Assembly (NCBI GenBank): GCA_937958885.1
Contig: CALGMT010000015.1
Span: 4,280-68,279, forward strand
Direction of reading: 5' to 3'
Length of the DNA stretch: 64,000 nt
From: an uncultured bacterium
Lineage (GTDB): Bacteria > Verrucomicrobiota > Kiritimatiellia > CAIVKH01
Shown here: positions 33,297-42,985 of the stretch, one piece after another
How positions within the stretch are numbered: position 1 is the stretch's first letter
Layout: each line of letters starts with the position of its first letter
The notes under the pieces: model-generated
Databases searched by the model: none
The model's input: the letters and a program-made list of their open reading frames with translations, nothing else
Told to the model about the DNA's origin: nothing
Translations under genes and position numbers: made by a program

Positions 33297-33389
33297 TGGC
33301 GGAGGGGGTGGGATTTGAACCCACGGACCACTTTATGGGCGGTCTCTCGATTTCGAGTCGAGTGCCTTAAGCCGCTCAGCCACCCCTCC
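33297..33389 (-). tRNA. tRNA-Ser (anticodon CGA)
   Basis: GGAGGGGTGGCTGAGCGG...CTCGAAA...long variable arm...GGTTCAAATCCCACCCCCTCCGCCA. CCA is encoded. Confidence 0.9.
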
Positions 33390-33471
33390 AAATCGTTGGT
33401 CAATCAAGTGCCGAACCTACCCACGTTCGCCCAAAAGCGCAAGGCGAAGGATCGTCCGACCAGCGCCGGGA

Positions 33472-34692
33472 TTACAAGTGGCGGTCGGCGTAGTCGAGCT
33501 GCCACTCCCAATCTTGAAGTTCATGCCCGTGCGCGCCTTCGCGGATGTGAAACGCAATGTGTCCGCCGTGAAGCGGCATGTTCAGAGGCGGGATCGTCTC
33601 CGCCTCAACGCCTGTCAGCCCGTAGAGGCGCCACGCCGGATCGGCGTAGCGACAGGCCCAAAAGTCGCGCGCGGGTATCGCGAATTTGTCGTTCGATGCC
33701 GCGGCGATATACACGCGCCGGGGCGCGATGAGCGCGAGGAACTGGTGCTGGTCCACCGGCATCCGCGCATCTTCGCCGACATACGCCCGCAGCCGGGCGC
33801 TGAACCAAAAGGGCGAATAATTGAACAAATGCTCGATGGTGTCGTTCCCTCCGGCGATGCGGGAGAGCGCGGAGCCCAATCCGACGGAATTGTTGCCGAC
33901 AGCCAGCGCGACGCGCTCGTCCTCTATCGCGCACCACAGGGCCGCTTTGCCGCGCCGCGATTGACCGAAAACGACCACGCGGCGGGCGTCGAGGTCCGGG
34001 TCCGTTTCGATGTAGTCGATGACCCGGCTCATGCCCCATGCCCACACGGCGAGCGTTCCCCATGCGTCATCCGGACGGCCGTCCGGCCACGCGACAGGAT
34101 CGAACAGGCGCTGCACGCCGTCTTTCATTCCGTCCGCCATGTCCGGCGCGACATCGCTGACGTGGAAGGTCGCAAGCGCATAGCCGCGCGCCACGATGCG
34201 CTCGACGGGCCACGGCGCGCCGCCGCGCAACCGCGTGCGCGGTTGGCCGGTCGAGCGCTTTGTGCTCTCCGGCACGGCGGGATCGTCGGAGAGCGCATGA
34301 TTGCCGCGCGCGTTGGGGCCGAGAAATACCGGGGCGGGGCCTGTCCGCTGATTTGGAATGTAGATCAGCACGTCCATGAACGGCGCCGCAGGGTCGTCGG
34401 AAAAGTGGATGCGCACCTGTTTCCGCGCGGCGAGTCCCTCGAAGGCGGAGCCCGACTCCACGAGCGCAAACCGCATGCCGTCCGGGCGCCCCACCGGCGC
34501 GCGGCCATAGACGTTGGCGCGATACCATTCAAGCAATTCGGGCCGACGCAGCGTCTCCCACTCTTCGCGCGTCGTGATGGGTTGTCCGTTCTCCATCCGC
34601 AGCAGCTCGGGCAGGTCGGGCGGCGTCGAATCGTCGGCCATGGCGAATCCCCCTAGGCAAAGCATCATGACCCACATACGGAGCCGATTCAT
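33472..34692 (-). CDS. CE15-type glucuronoyl esterase-like secreted hydrolase
   Basis: Signal peptide MNRLRMWVMMLCLGGFAMA. GQSRRGKAAL matches the GxSRxGK nucleophile motif of CE15. Confidence 0.7.
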   Translation of the reverse strand: MNRLRMWVMMLCLGGFAMADDSTPPDLPELLRMENGQPITTREEWETLRRPELLEWYRANVYGRAPVGRPDGMRFALVESGSAFEGLAARKQVRIHFSDDPAAPFMDVLIYIPNQRTGPAPVFLGPNARGNHALSDDPAVPESTKRSTGQPRTRLRGGAPWPVERIVARGYALATFHVSDVAPDMADGMKDGVQRLFDPVAWPDGRPDDAWGTLAVWAWGMSRVIDYIETDPDLDARRVVVFGQSRRGKAALWCAIEDERVALAVGNNSVGLGSALSRIAGGNDTIEHLFNYSPFWFSARLRAYVGEDARMPVDQHQFLALIAPRRVYIAAASNDKFAIPARDFWACRYADPAWRLYGLTGVEAETIPPLNMPLHGGHIAFHIREGAHGHELQDWEWQLDYADRHL

Positions 34693-34696
34693 GCGA

Positions 34697-36235
34697 TCAG
34701 CCTCCCGCGCGCAGCGCAGTATTCCCGGCGGGGATGTCGTGGGCCTTGCCGTTGACGATCAGCGTGAACGGCGCCGTGCTGCGCACGCGGATATTGCCTC
34801 CGCCATCCGTCAGGATCGTGGCGGTGGTATTTCCGAACCGCAGGTTTTCGATCCCGTGCCGGCCGCTGCGATAGAGACGCCATTCGACGACGTTTCGCTG
34901 CGCGTCGATCGTGTGGAAGCCCAGCACGTTTTCGATCAGCAGCGAAATCGGCGGGAGCGAAGACCATCCGACATACAGGCGAACCCGCGCGTCGGGCAGT
35001 TTTCGGCCTGTCTGCTTGTTGATTTTTGCGGGCTTGCTGGCGGGGTGGTCGCGCGATGGGCTCAACGCCTCCCACAGCGTCGCCGGCTCCACCGCGCGAT
35101 ACGTGCGCAGGGAATGGTGGAGCGCGCGGTATGCCAACGCGTTGGCCTCGTCGTGGAACCCGTATTTTTGCAGCGCCTTGGTCGCCATGTAGGTCGTCGG
35201 CGGCCAGACGCCGCCCCGCCAATAATGCCCGTCCGGCAGCGCGTCGATATAGTCGGGGTCCGTGCGGGCGAGGGTCGGCCATGGACGTTCGCCGCCGAAC
35301 ACCTGTTCGTCGAGCGCGTGCTTGAGCATGCGGCGCGCCTGTTCCGGCGAGCACATCTCCGCGAGCATCGGCCAGTAGGACGCGGGTGTCATCACCTTCA
35401 CCGGTTTCAGCGTTACGCTGTCGATGTCGTAGTAAAACCCGTCGGCCTCGTCCCAATAGTGCGTGTTGACGGTCTGTTTGATGTGCTCGTAGCGGGCGCG
35501 CCACGCCGCCGCTTCCTCCTTAAGGTCGACGGCGTCGGCGAGGCGGGAAATATACAGCGCGGAAAGGCCCTGCTGCGCGAGCGCGTCCACCCAGAGGATC
35601 TCATTCGCCGCGCCGCGGCCCCGCGTGGTGTTGTCCATGCCGCTGGGGTACCGATTCCAGAGATAGCCGTGCGGCGTTTTTTTCAGGCGGACGGGCGCGC
35701 TGACCTTTTTTTCCGTGTCGCTCTCGAAGCGCCAGCCCGGCTTGAGCTGCTCGATCCATTCAAAGTGCCGCTGGAGATAGCGTGTGCGACCGAGCAGATC
35801 TTTCACGTGCGCCCGATCGCCGGTGAGTTTGAAAAAGTCGTATTCGACCCACGCGAACAGCGGCGGATTGTCCGGATGCTGGATGTTCAGCGGATAGAGC
35901 CCGTCCCACCCGTCGTGCAGCGGCACGTAAAAGTTCTTCATGCTCTCGATGGCGGGCAGGACATCGGGCGCGTAGCGCGCGAACAGCGCCATGAAGCAGG
36001 TGTCCCAAATCCAGATCGAGTGGTCCCATGCGCCCGGCCACAAATAGGGCGACTGCGGAAGACCCGGTTTCTCCCGGATGCTGCCGTGCGCCAGTTCCCA
36101 CGCCTTCCAATACAGCTCCACCAGCCCCGGGTCCTCGTCCAGCACCGGGTGGGGCACGCGCGACTTCCAGTCGTCGGCGATAACGGCGTGCGCCAACAAC
36201 CCGCTTATGGCGACTCGCACGATGCGCTGATCCAT
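34697..36235 (-). CDS. (alpha/alpha)6-barrel glycoside hydrolase, GH63/MGH1/trehalase-like
   Basis: ATG 36235 (MDQRIVRVAISGLLAHA). Has WDTCFMA, PSGMDNTTRG and YWRGGVWPP motifs. The 109 upstream codons of the track ORF are not needed. Confidence 0.7.
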   Translation of the reverse strand: MDQRIVRVAISGLLAHAVIADDWKSRVPHPVLDEDPGLVELYWKAWELAHGSIREKPGLPQSPYLWPGAWDHSIWIWDTCFMALFARYAPDVLPAIESMKNFYVPLHDGWDGLYPLNIQHPDNPPLFAWVEYDFFKLTGDRAHVKDLLGRTRYLQRHFEWIEQLKPGWRFESDTEKKVSAPVRLKKTPHGYLWNRYPSGMDNTTRGRGAANEILWVDALAQQGLSALYISRLADAVDLKEEAAAWRARYEHIKQTVNTHYWDEADGFYYDIDSVTLKPVKVMTPASYWPMLAEMCSPEQARRMLKHALDEQVFGGERPWPTLARTDPDYIDALPDGHYWRGGVWPPTTYMATKALQKYGFHDEANALAYRALHHSLRTYRAVEPATLWEALSPSRDHPASKPAKINKQTGRKLPDARVRLYVGWSSLPPISLLIENVLGFHTIDAQRNVVEWRLYRSGRHGIENLRFGNTTATILTDGGGNIRVRSTAPFTLIVNGKAHDIPAGNTALRAGG

Positions 36236-36401
36236 TTCATCATCTCCCGCACCCCGCGCGGACCGCGCTCCGGACGCCGCCCGCCGCGAAATGAGGTTGC
36301 AAATAATCGGCCATCCGTCAAAAGATACAACGTTATATTTCATCGTCAATCGGTTTCGACAGTCCATCCACAATCGCAGCGCATCAACGCGGAGGAAAAA
36401 C

Positions 36402-38519
36402 ATGACACGAAGAATCATCGGGCTGGCGCTTGCCCTGCATCTGGCGTGCGCCGGATGGGTGGGCGCGGCGGAGCACGTGCGGATCACCGCGGAGGGCGGC
36501 GGCGCGGCGGCGAGGGCGCCGGAGACCGGCTCCGTCCTGTTCCAGGACGCAGATCCGCTCAAGGTGTTCGAGTGGGCGATGTTGAACTATCCGGTCACGG
36601 TGATCGGAGCGGGGTCGTATCGAATTGCGGAGCCGGTCCGCATCCCGCGCGCCGATATCGCGCTGGTGATCGAGGAGGACGCGGACATCGAATTGGATAT
36701 CGGCGCGCTTCCGCGCGTTCGGCCGTATGCGCCGTGGACGCCGGTGATCTACAACCAACGGCACGACAACGCGACGGTGGTGAACCTCGGCACGCTGCGC
36801 GGACAGCCGAAGTCCGGCGGCGTCGCGATTCTGTACGACGGGCGCGCGGACGGCGAACATGGACTGCGCGGAGGGCGCATCGTGTCGACCGGCATGCAGG
36901 GTCTCCGTCCTGCAGTCGGCACAATAATCTCACTCGTCGATTGCGCGGAGGTCGAGATCCCGATGGTGGTCAGCGACGGCTATCGTATTGCCCCCGTCGA
37001 GTTGGAGGGATGCAAAGACGTCCGCATCGGCGTGGCGGCGGCAGCGCCGCGGCCCAGCCCGCGCCCGGTGACCCTGCTCGGGCGGAATGAAGGAACGCGC
37101 ATTCGCCGCGTGGTCGGCGCGCAACCGCTGGATCAGGCGGTGCTCGTGCGGAACTCGCCCGGCACGGTAGTGGAAGAAGCCATCGTCATCGGCGATCCGA
37201 TGGCATTCGTAAAATTGTTCCACGTGCATGAATACGAGCCCGGCAGCGCCCGCTTCACCCGGCGTCCGTTCATTCCCGATTCGGCGGGGTCGAAGGCGCT
37301 CAAGGAAACGATCGTCAATCGAAAGGTCAAGGCCTGGCCGCAGACCGTCACGCTGGAGAATTTCCCGGAATCCCTGCCGCGTCTTTCGGTGCGCGTTGAG
37401 CTGGACGCGGTCTTCATAGACGGCGAAACGGAGCGCGTGCTGGACCAAACCTTCGAACTTGAATTGCTTTCCGCGGGCGAGTTCGCGGCCGCGCCCGAAC
37501 CGCTGTTCGTGTCGGTTGCGGACGGCAAAACGAGCGCGCGCAGCGCTCGATCCCGCGCGGTAAAGTTCATCTCCGCGGACGCGCGCGAGACGCTGCACTG
37601 GGCGATGGCGAACAGCCCGATTACGGTGCTCGAAGCGGGCGTCTATGTGGTGCCCGGCACGGTGACCATTCCGCGCGACAACATCTCGCTCATCATCGCC
37701 GAGGGCGCGGAGCTGATCCAGGATCCGGCCGTCGTGATCGAGCCGATGCCCGGCGGTCGCGGCGGCTATCGTCCGCTCATCCACAACCCCGGCCATGATC
37801 GCGTCGAGATCATCAATTTCGGCACGCTGCGCGCGCATCCGGGAATGCGCGGCGTCGGCATTCATATCGACGGCCGGCGCGACGGCGAGCTGGGCATCGA
37901 CGGCGGCTTGATCTTTGCCGTCGGCGCGATCCACGCCGACGATGCCGTCTGGGTGGTGGACGCGAAGAATATCCGCATACCGCTTTTGTCCTTCAAAGGG
38001 TACGGCAATGCGCCGCTTGCGTTGGAAGGCTGCGAGGATATGGAAATCGGCGCGCTCACGGCGCTGATGGGCGATGCCGCGTTCGAGAACGAGGCGCTTG
38101 ATTTCAACAGTTACTGTCAGCGGGTGAAGGTCGGCCTGGTGATCGGCACCACGCCTGCCGAGGAAATCGTGGATGTGAACAACAGCCGCGACTGCGTGAT
38201 CGGCGAAATACGCGTCTATCGCAGTCCGCGGGATGTGAAGACCGTCCGCGTCTTCGACCACCCGCCGGACGATACGCGCGGCGCGGTCGCGCGGGCGAGC
38301 AAGCGTCCGTTCATTCGATTCTCCGGCGAGGCGGCCGCGCAGCGCGAAACGATTGTGGAGCAATCGGTCCGCGGATGGACCAAAGATATCCTGGTGAAGC
38401 CGCTTGTCCGGACATGGCCGTATGCGGTGATCTCCGCGTCGCTTGCGGCGCAATTCGACGATGACACCGAAATGGGGGTGTTTGAAGAGTCGCTGACCTT
38501 GTCGCTTGTTCCGAAATAA
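36402..38519 (+). CDS. secreted protein made of two tandem homologous modules (probable right-handed beta-helix)
   Basis: ATG 36402 preceded by GGAGG. Signal peptide MTRRIIGLALALHLACAG. The two halves align, e.g. PVIYNQRHDNATVVNLGTLRGQPKSGGVAILYDGRADGEHGLRGGRI with PLIHNPGHDRVEIINFGTLRAHPGMRGVGIHIDGRRDGELGIDGGLI. Confidence 0.7.
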   Translation: MTRRIIGLALALHLACAGWVGAAEHVRITAEGGGAAARAPETGSVLFQDADPLKVFEWAMLNYPVTVIGAGSYRIAEPVRIPRADIALVIEEDADIELDIGALPRVRPYAPWTPVIYNQRHDNATVVNLGTLRGQPKSGGVAILYDGRADGEHGLRGGRIVSTGMQGLRPAVGTIISLVDCAEVEIPMVVSDGYRIAPVELEGCKDVRIGVAAAAPRPSPRPVTLLGRNEGTRIRRVVGAQPLDQAVLVRNSPGTVVEEAIVIGDPMAFVKLFHVHEYEPGSARFTRRPFIPDSAGSKALKETIVNRKVKAWPQTVTLENFPESLPRLSVRVELDAVFIDGETERVLDQTFELELLSAGEFAAAPEPLFVSVADGKTSARSARSRAVKFISADARETLHWAMANSPITVLEAGVYVVPGTVTIPRDNISLIIAEGAELIQDPAVVIEPMPGGRGGYRPLIHNPGHDRVEIINFGTLRAHPGMRGVGIHIDGRRDGELGIDGGLIFAVGAIHADDAVWVVDAKNIRIPLLSFKGYGNAPLALEGCEDMEIGALTALMGDAAFENEALDFNSYCQRVKVGLVIGTTPAEEIVDVNNSRDCVIGEIRVYRSPRDVKTVRVFDHPPDDTRGAVARASKRPFIRFSGEAAAQRETIVEQSVRGWTKDILVKPLVRTWPYAVISASLAAQFDDDTEMGVFEESLTLSLVPK

Positions 38520-38558
38520 ACGCGGTCTCCGCCCGCGTGTACAGAATGGACGGCGAAC

Positions 38559-38616
38559 AAATTTTTTACAGAGCATGGAGCTTGAAAATTAAAATTTTAC
38601 AGAGCATGGAACTTTT
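38559..38616. repeat. AT-rich 31-bp tandem repeat x2, core TTTTACAGAGCATGGA[G/A]CTT
   Basis: TACAGAG at 38567 and 38598 (31-bp phase), with a degenerate third copy TACAGAATGGAC at 38540. Same core as 2732-2794. Confidence 0.85.
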
Positions 38617-38821
38617 CACCGCGGCGCCGGCTCTTCCCCCGCCCGTCCGCCGAAGACGGTTGGGCGAGGGGGGTGAGGGCTTCGACAACAGCCCCTATGA
38701 CCGCGCGCACCGAGCGCGGCGGTCTATGAATGACCCGGCGCCGCAGTGAGTGTCATATTCCACGAGTCGCCGCGCCGCTTGCCGCGTTGTGTTGGTTTCG
38801 CGCACTTGCTACGCTCCGTTT

Positions 38822-39964
38822 ATGCGGAAAGCAATCGTCATGCTGGCGGCGGGCCTTTTGATCCGCGCGGCGCAGGGGCAGGAGCCGGGCGCCTTGATAT
38901 TGCTTAACGGCACGGCGTTGCGCGGAGAGATCGTCGAGGTTCGTGCTGACGGAATCGAAATCCAGGCGGGCGCCGCCGTGCGGTTCTATCCCTGGACCGC
39001 CTTTGCGCCCGGCACGCGATTCCGCTTTGATCCGCTCTACCGAGCGAATCTTGACGCCGCGCAGCAAGGCCTTCCCGTCGCGCGCTGGCCGAATCCGGCG
39101 GATGGCGACTACACGGCGCGGCCGCGTCCACTCGAAGCGCCGCGCGCGGAAGCGCCCGCCGCTTCCGTGACGCCGCTCTCGTTCACCGCGTTTCCCGCCA
39201 TTCCCGCGAAATCGCGCGGCAGTCTGGTCGCGCTCGATCCCAAGGCGGGCGCGAATGCGTTGTCCTGGGGTCTTCGCTACGGAGCCGCCGAGACCGAGGC
39301 GGCCTATTTCATCTTCGAGTCCGCCGGCGAGGACGGTTTGCCGCCTGCTATGCATGTGTGGATCGCTGCGGACAAACGGCCCGAACGCGTGCGATCGAGC
39401 CGACGCGCCGACGGCGAAGAGGCGCGCGCCATCTTCCGCGAGCAGCGCTTCCGAGCGCAACGCGAGGGCGTCGACGTCTCGTACGGCGTCGCGCCTTCCG
39501 CCTCAACTCGTGCGCCCGGCGCGTTGCTGGTGAGCGTGGAAATCGAATTGAAAAAAGACGGGACCTCTTCCTCCTTTGCGCTCGTCGGCGCGCCGCCGGG
39601 CGTGTTGTCCGGCGATGGGAACGTCGTCGCGCGCGACGTGCTTGCGCCGCCCGCCCTGGTGATGGCGCTCGACTCGATCGACAACAAGCCGGTGTTTGCC
39701 GGCGCCGTGCGCATGGGCCGCCTGCGTCTGATCCCGCGCGGCGGAATGGACCGTGCCGTCTCCATCAAAATCGCCGACGAGCGGGGCGGGGAGGCGTTGG
39801 CCGCCAAAGTCCCATTCACTGGCGACGCGCCGACCGACAAGCACTCCTTCGTTGTCCCGCTCGATGGACTGACTGCGGGGCGCAAGTACACGCTGAACGC
39901 GCGGATCGGACTCGGCCCGTTCCTCGGCGAGGTTTCGTATCAGGAGCACTTCGTTTTGAGGTGA
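38822..39964 (+). CDS. hypothetical secreted protein
   Basis: ATG 38822 (MRKAIVMLAAGLLIRAAQG signal). 380 aa, no family recognised. Confidence 0.6.
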   Translation: MRKAIVMLAAGLLIRAAQGQEPGALILLNGTALRGEIVEVRADGIEIQAGAAVRFYPWTAFAPGTRFRFDPLYRANLDAAQQGLPVARWPNPADGDYTARPRPLEAPRAEAPAASVTPLSFTAFPAIPAKSRGSLVALDPKAGANALSWGLRYGAAETEAAYFIFESAGEDGLPPAMHVWIAADKRPERVRSSRRADGEEARAIFREQRFRAQREGVDVSYGVAPSASTRAPGALLVSVEIELKKDGTSSSFALVGAPPGVLSGDGNVVARDVLAPPALVMALDSIDNKPVFAGAVRMGRLRLIPRGGMDRAVSIKIADERGGEALAAKVPFTGDAPTDKHSFVVPLDGLTAGRKYTLNARIGLGPFLGEVSYQEHFVLR

Positions 39965-40770
39965 TCCGCCGCGCGGCGCTGGCGCACTGCTTCGTAAAGC
40001 AGCAGCGTGGTTGCCGCGGCCACATTCAATGAGTCGATCTGGCCCAGCATCGGGATGCGCACCCGCTCGTCCGCCTCGGACATCCATCGATCGCTCAGGC
40101 CGAACTTTTCTGTGCCGACCACCAGCGCGATCCCCTGTGTCATGTCGCACGCGGTGTATTCGCGCTCCGCGTGTGGCGTCGCCGCGAGGATGCGTATCCC
40201 GCGAGCGCGCAACCAGGCCAGGGCCTCCTCGGACGTCGCCTCTACGACGGGCACGCTGAACAGCGTGCCGATGCTGGAGCGCACGACATTCGGATTGTGG
40301 ATGTCCGTGCAGCGGTCGCACACGATGACGGCGTGCACACCTGCCGCGTCTGCGGAGCGAAGAAGCGACCCGAGATTGCCCGGCTTTTCGATCGCTTCGG
40401 CCACTAGCACCAGCGGACGGTCCGGGGGCTGCACCTCATCGAGCCGCCGGTGGACCTGAGGGGTGAGTGCGATCAAGCCCTCGGGACGGTCGCGATACGC
40501 GACTTTCTGGAACGCCTCGGCGGAGCACTCGAACAGTTCCGCGCCCGCCTCCGCGCAGCGCCGTACGATCTCGGGTTCGTTTTCGCCCTGATAAAACGAG
40601 GGCGAGAAAAACAACGCGATCGGACGGCGGGCATTGTCCAGCATCCGCTTCACCTCGCGATACCCCTCCACCACAATCACACCGCGCTCGTCGCGATACG
40701 GCCGCTTCTGCAACCGGACCAGATCCTTCAACCGCGGATTTTGCAAACTGGTTATCGGTGTAATGCGCAT
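39940..40770 (-). CDS. TrmH/SpoU family RNA 2'-O-methyltransferase
   Basis: ATG 40770 (MRITPITSLQNPRLKDL). SPOUT motifs EKPGNLGSLLRSADAAG, NPNVVRSSIG and IPMLGQIDSLNVAAA. Confidence 0.88.
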   Translation of the reverse strand: MRITPITSLQNPRLKDLVRLQKRPYRDERGVIVVEGYREVKRMLDNARRPIALFFSPSFYQGENEPEIVRRCAEAGAELFECSAEAFQKVAYRDRPEGLIALTPQVHRRLDEVQPPDRPLVLVAEAIEKPGNLGSLLRSADAAGVHAVIVCDRCTDIHNPNVVRSSIGTLFSVPVVEATSEEALAWLRARGIRILAATPHAEREYTACDMTQGIALVVGTEKFGLSDRWMSEADERVRIPMLGQIDSLNVAAATTLLLYEAVRQRRAADHLKTKCS

Positions 40771-40838
40771 CCCATCAATTCCGCCGCTCGCCCCATTCTT
40801 TTTGAATCCAGCTCGATAGGTGTGTATGCTGACATCTC

Positions 40839-41519
40839 GTGAGACTCGTTGTCCAGATTGCGCGTGCGACGTGTGCGGCATTTCTCATGGCCGCGCTTGC
40901 CGCGCCGGCGGCGCAGACGCCCTTCGCGTTCGACCGCTATCAAATCATCCTACAACGCAAACCCTTTGGCGACATGCCGGCGCCCGAGCCGCCACCGCCT
41001 CCTCCGCAGCCTCAGGGCGAATCGTTTGCCAAAAGCCTGCGCCTCTCAATGATCGTCGATGTTAACGACGGCGAGACCATGAAAGTCGGCTTCGTTGACA
41101 CGCGCACCGGCCGCAGTTACCTGCTGATGCCGGGCGAGTCGCAGGACGGCATCGAGGTCGTATCCGCGAGTTGGAAAGACGAGGAGGCGATTCTCAAACA
41201 AGGCGCCGAGATGGCGCTGATCAAAATCGCGTCCGGCGAAGTGCGCGCGATTGGCCCCGGGCAGCCGCCGACCGGCGGGCCTGTCACCTCTCCCGGCGCC
41301 GCGCGGCCTTCGTGGGAGGAGCGCCGTCGCGCCCGCGCCGCGCCCCCGCCGCCGCCCGAACCGCCGCCGCCGCCGAAATATACCGGCGCCGAGTTGGAGC
41401 GCCATTTACAGGAATATCAGCTCGAAGTCATTCGCCAAGGCCTCCCCCCGTTGCCGATTCCGCTCACCCCTGAAATGGACGCACGCCTCGTGGCTGAGGG
41501 CGTCCTACCCCCCCGGTAG
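40839..41519 (+). CDS. hypothetical secreted proline-rich protein
   Basis: GTG start, a signal-like N-terminus, two PPPPP tracts flanking a beta-rich core, and a conserved-looking tail YQLEVIRQGLPPLPIPLTPEMD. Confidence 0.55.
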   Translation: MRLVVQIARATCAAFLMAALAAPAAQTPFAFDRYQIILQRKPFGDMPAPEPPPPPPQPQGESFAKSLRLSMIVDVNDGETMKVGFVDTRTGRSYLLMPGESQDGIEVVSASWKDEEAILKQGAEMALIKIASGEVRAIGPGQPPTGGPVTSPGAARPSWEERRRARAAPPPPPEPPPPPKYTGAELERHLQEYQLEVIRQGLPPLPIPLTPEMDARLVAEGVLPPR

Positions 41520-41556
41520 TACTCGAAATCGAACCAATCATACAGGAGAACGGACC

Positions 41557-41979
41557 ATGTGGACCTATGAGACCGCGCTCAAATGGACTGGCGGCGAAAC
41601 CGGAATCGAGCAGACCTCGGGTCGGCCGGATCTGACCTTCAGTTCGCCCCCCGAATTTGGCGGGCGCGAGACGATGTGGAATCCCGAGCTGCTGCTCGTT
41701 GCCTCGGTCGAGTCCTGCATGTTGCTCACCTCGCTGAGCGTCGCGCAGCGGCAGAAAATCGAGCTCAAGGGATACACCAGCACAGCTGTCGGGAAAATGG
41801 CCAAAACCGCTGAAGGACTCCGCTTTCAAGAAATCGCGGTTTCGGTCACATTGACTATCGCCCCCGGCACAGACGCGGCAAAAGCCGCGCAAGTCGTGCA
41901 TACCGCCGAAAAATACTGCCCTGTTTCAAACGCCGTCAAATGCCCCGTCCCCGTCACCGTGACCGTGCAGACCACCTAA
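41557..41979 (+). CDS. OsmC/Ohr family peroxiredoxin-like protein
   Basis: ATG 41557 preceded by AGGAGA. 140 aa with NPELLLVASVESCMLLT and AEKYCPVSNA (the two OsmC Cys). Confidence 0.9.
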   Translation: MWTYETALKWTGGETGIEQTSGRPDLTFSSPPEFGGRETMWNPELLLVASVESCMLLTSLSVAQRQKIELKGYTSTAVGKMAKTAEGLRFQEIAVSVTLTIAPGTDAAKAAQVVHTAEKYCPVSNAVKCPVPVTVTVQTT

Positions 41980-42033
41980 AAAGGGGTCAGTCCTTTATTC
42001 TTGATTAAGGCCGTCATGAGTAAGGGACTGACC
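41978..42033. repeat. REP-like palindromic unit (AAAAAGGGGTCAGTCCTTTATTCTTGA ... AAGGGACTGACCT)
   Basis: Arms GGTCAGTCC (41985-41993) and GGACTGACC (42024-42032). The unit spans the osmC stop and the pgsA start codon (42016). Confidence 0.8.
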
Positions 42034-42630
42034 TGTTCTTCGGCTGCGCACGGCATTACACTTGCGACGCGCGTCACGCTGCTGCGCATACTCGGCATAC
42101 CCGTTTTCATCGTTTTGGTGGTCTATCACCTGCTCGCATTGTCGCGCGGCGAGGCCGACTCGATCTACCGCTGGTGGGCGCTCGCCGCGTTTGCCGCGGT
42201 GGCGGCGACCGATGCGCTCGACGGTTATCTCGCCCGTTCGCGGAATGAAGTATCCAACCTCGGGCGTGTGCTCGATCCGTTGGCCGATAAGGCGCTGCTG
42301 CTTTCGGCGTTGATTTTGCTCACGAGGCCGGATCTCGATGCGCTGACGCCGCACATCCCGGTTTGGTTCACCGCACTGGTTATCAGCCGCGACATCTTGG
42401 CGGTGGGCGGATACTTTTTGATCCGTCATCTCGTCGGGAGCGTGCACGTGCAGCCGCGCTGGACGGGTAAATTCGCGACCGTGTTGCAGATGGTCACCAT
42501 CCTGTGGGTCCTCGCGCAATTGCCGGATCGGTACTTTCTTTCGCTCGTCGTTGCCGCCGCTGTATTCACTGCTGTTGCTGGACTTCAGTATCTGATCGAC
42601 GGCCTTCGCCAGGGAAACGCTTTCGTCTGA
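42016..42630 (+). CDS. pgsA: CDP-diacylglycerol--glycerol-3-phosphate 3-phosphatidyltransferase
   Basis: ATG 42016 (MSKGLTC). CDP-alcohol phosphatidyltransferase motif DALDGYLARSRNEVSNLGRVLDPLADK. Confidence 0.9.
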   Translation: MSKGLTCSSAAHGITLATRVTLLRILGIPVFIVLVVYHLLALSRGEADSIYRWWALAAFAAVAATDALDGYLARSRNEVSNLGRVLDPLADKALLLSALILLTRPDLDALTPHIPVWFTALVISRDILAVGGYFLIRHLVGSVHVQPRWTGKFATVLQMVTILWVLAQLPDRYFLSLVVAAAVFTAVAGLQYLIDGLRQGNAFV

Positions 42631-42644
42631 TCGGACGGGCGTCC

Positions 42645-42780
42645 GGCCTTTAGGGGCTGTTGCACGAATCATATCCTCCCAAACACCTCGCCTTGAGGGC
42701 ATCTTTTTGCGGACATACCCACTCCGCCCTTCGGGCACCCTTCCTCCGGAGAGGTCAGCATCGCTGGGGGGCAAAATCCA
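42645..42780. repeat. partial copy of the MITE-like element seen at 50462-50702
   Basis: GGCCTTTAGGGGCTGTTGCACGAATCAT...CCGCCCTTCGGGCACCC aligns with 50462-50560. The right half and right terminal repeat are absent. Confidence 0.7.
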
Positions 42781-42985
42781 AAAACAATCTTCTGAAAAAT
42801 AAAGAAGGCGTCGAGATGTACGGCCGCGTCTCGCCGTCCTGTTCGGACAGGAATTCGCGAAGGACCGAACCCTGTCGTGCGTCCAGCCTTTGTTTGTGCC
42901 TAACAAATTATTAATTCGCCGCGCGCCGCATCCTATTGCGCACCCCAGCGGCGTTTCGTATGACTCCTGTACAGGAGTGCCTGCG

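Noticed and set aside
34514-37090. 858-aa plus-strand ORF, the longest in this region
   Set aside because: It runs antisense across the GH63-like gene and out of frame into the 36402 gene. Its Arg/Pro/Gly-rich composition is typical of shadow ORFs in high-GC DNA, and it has no recognisable domains.
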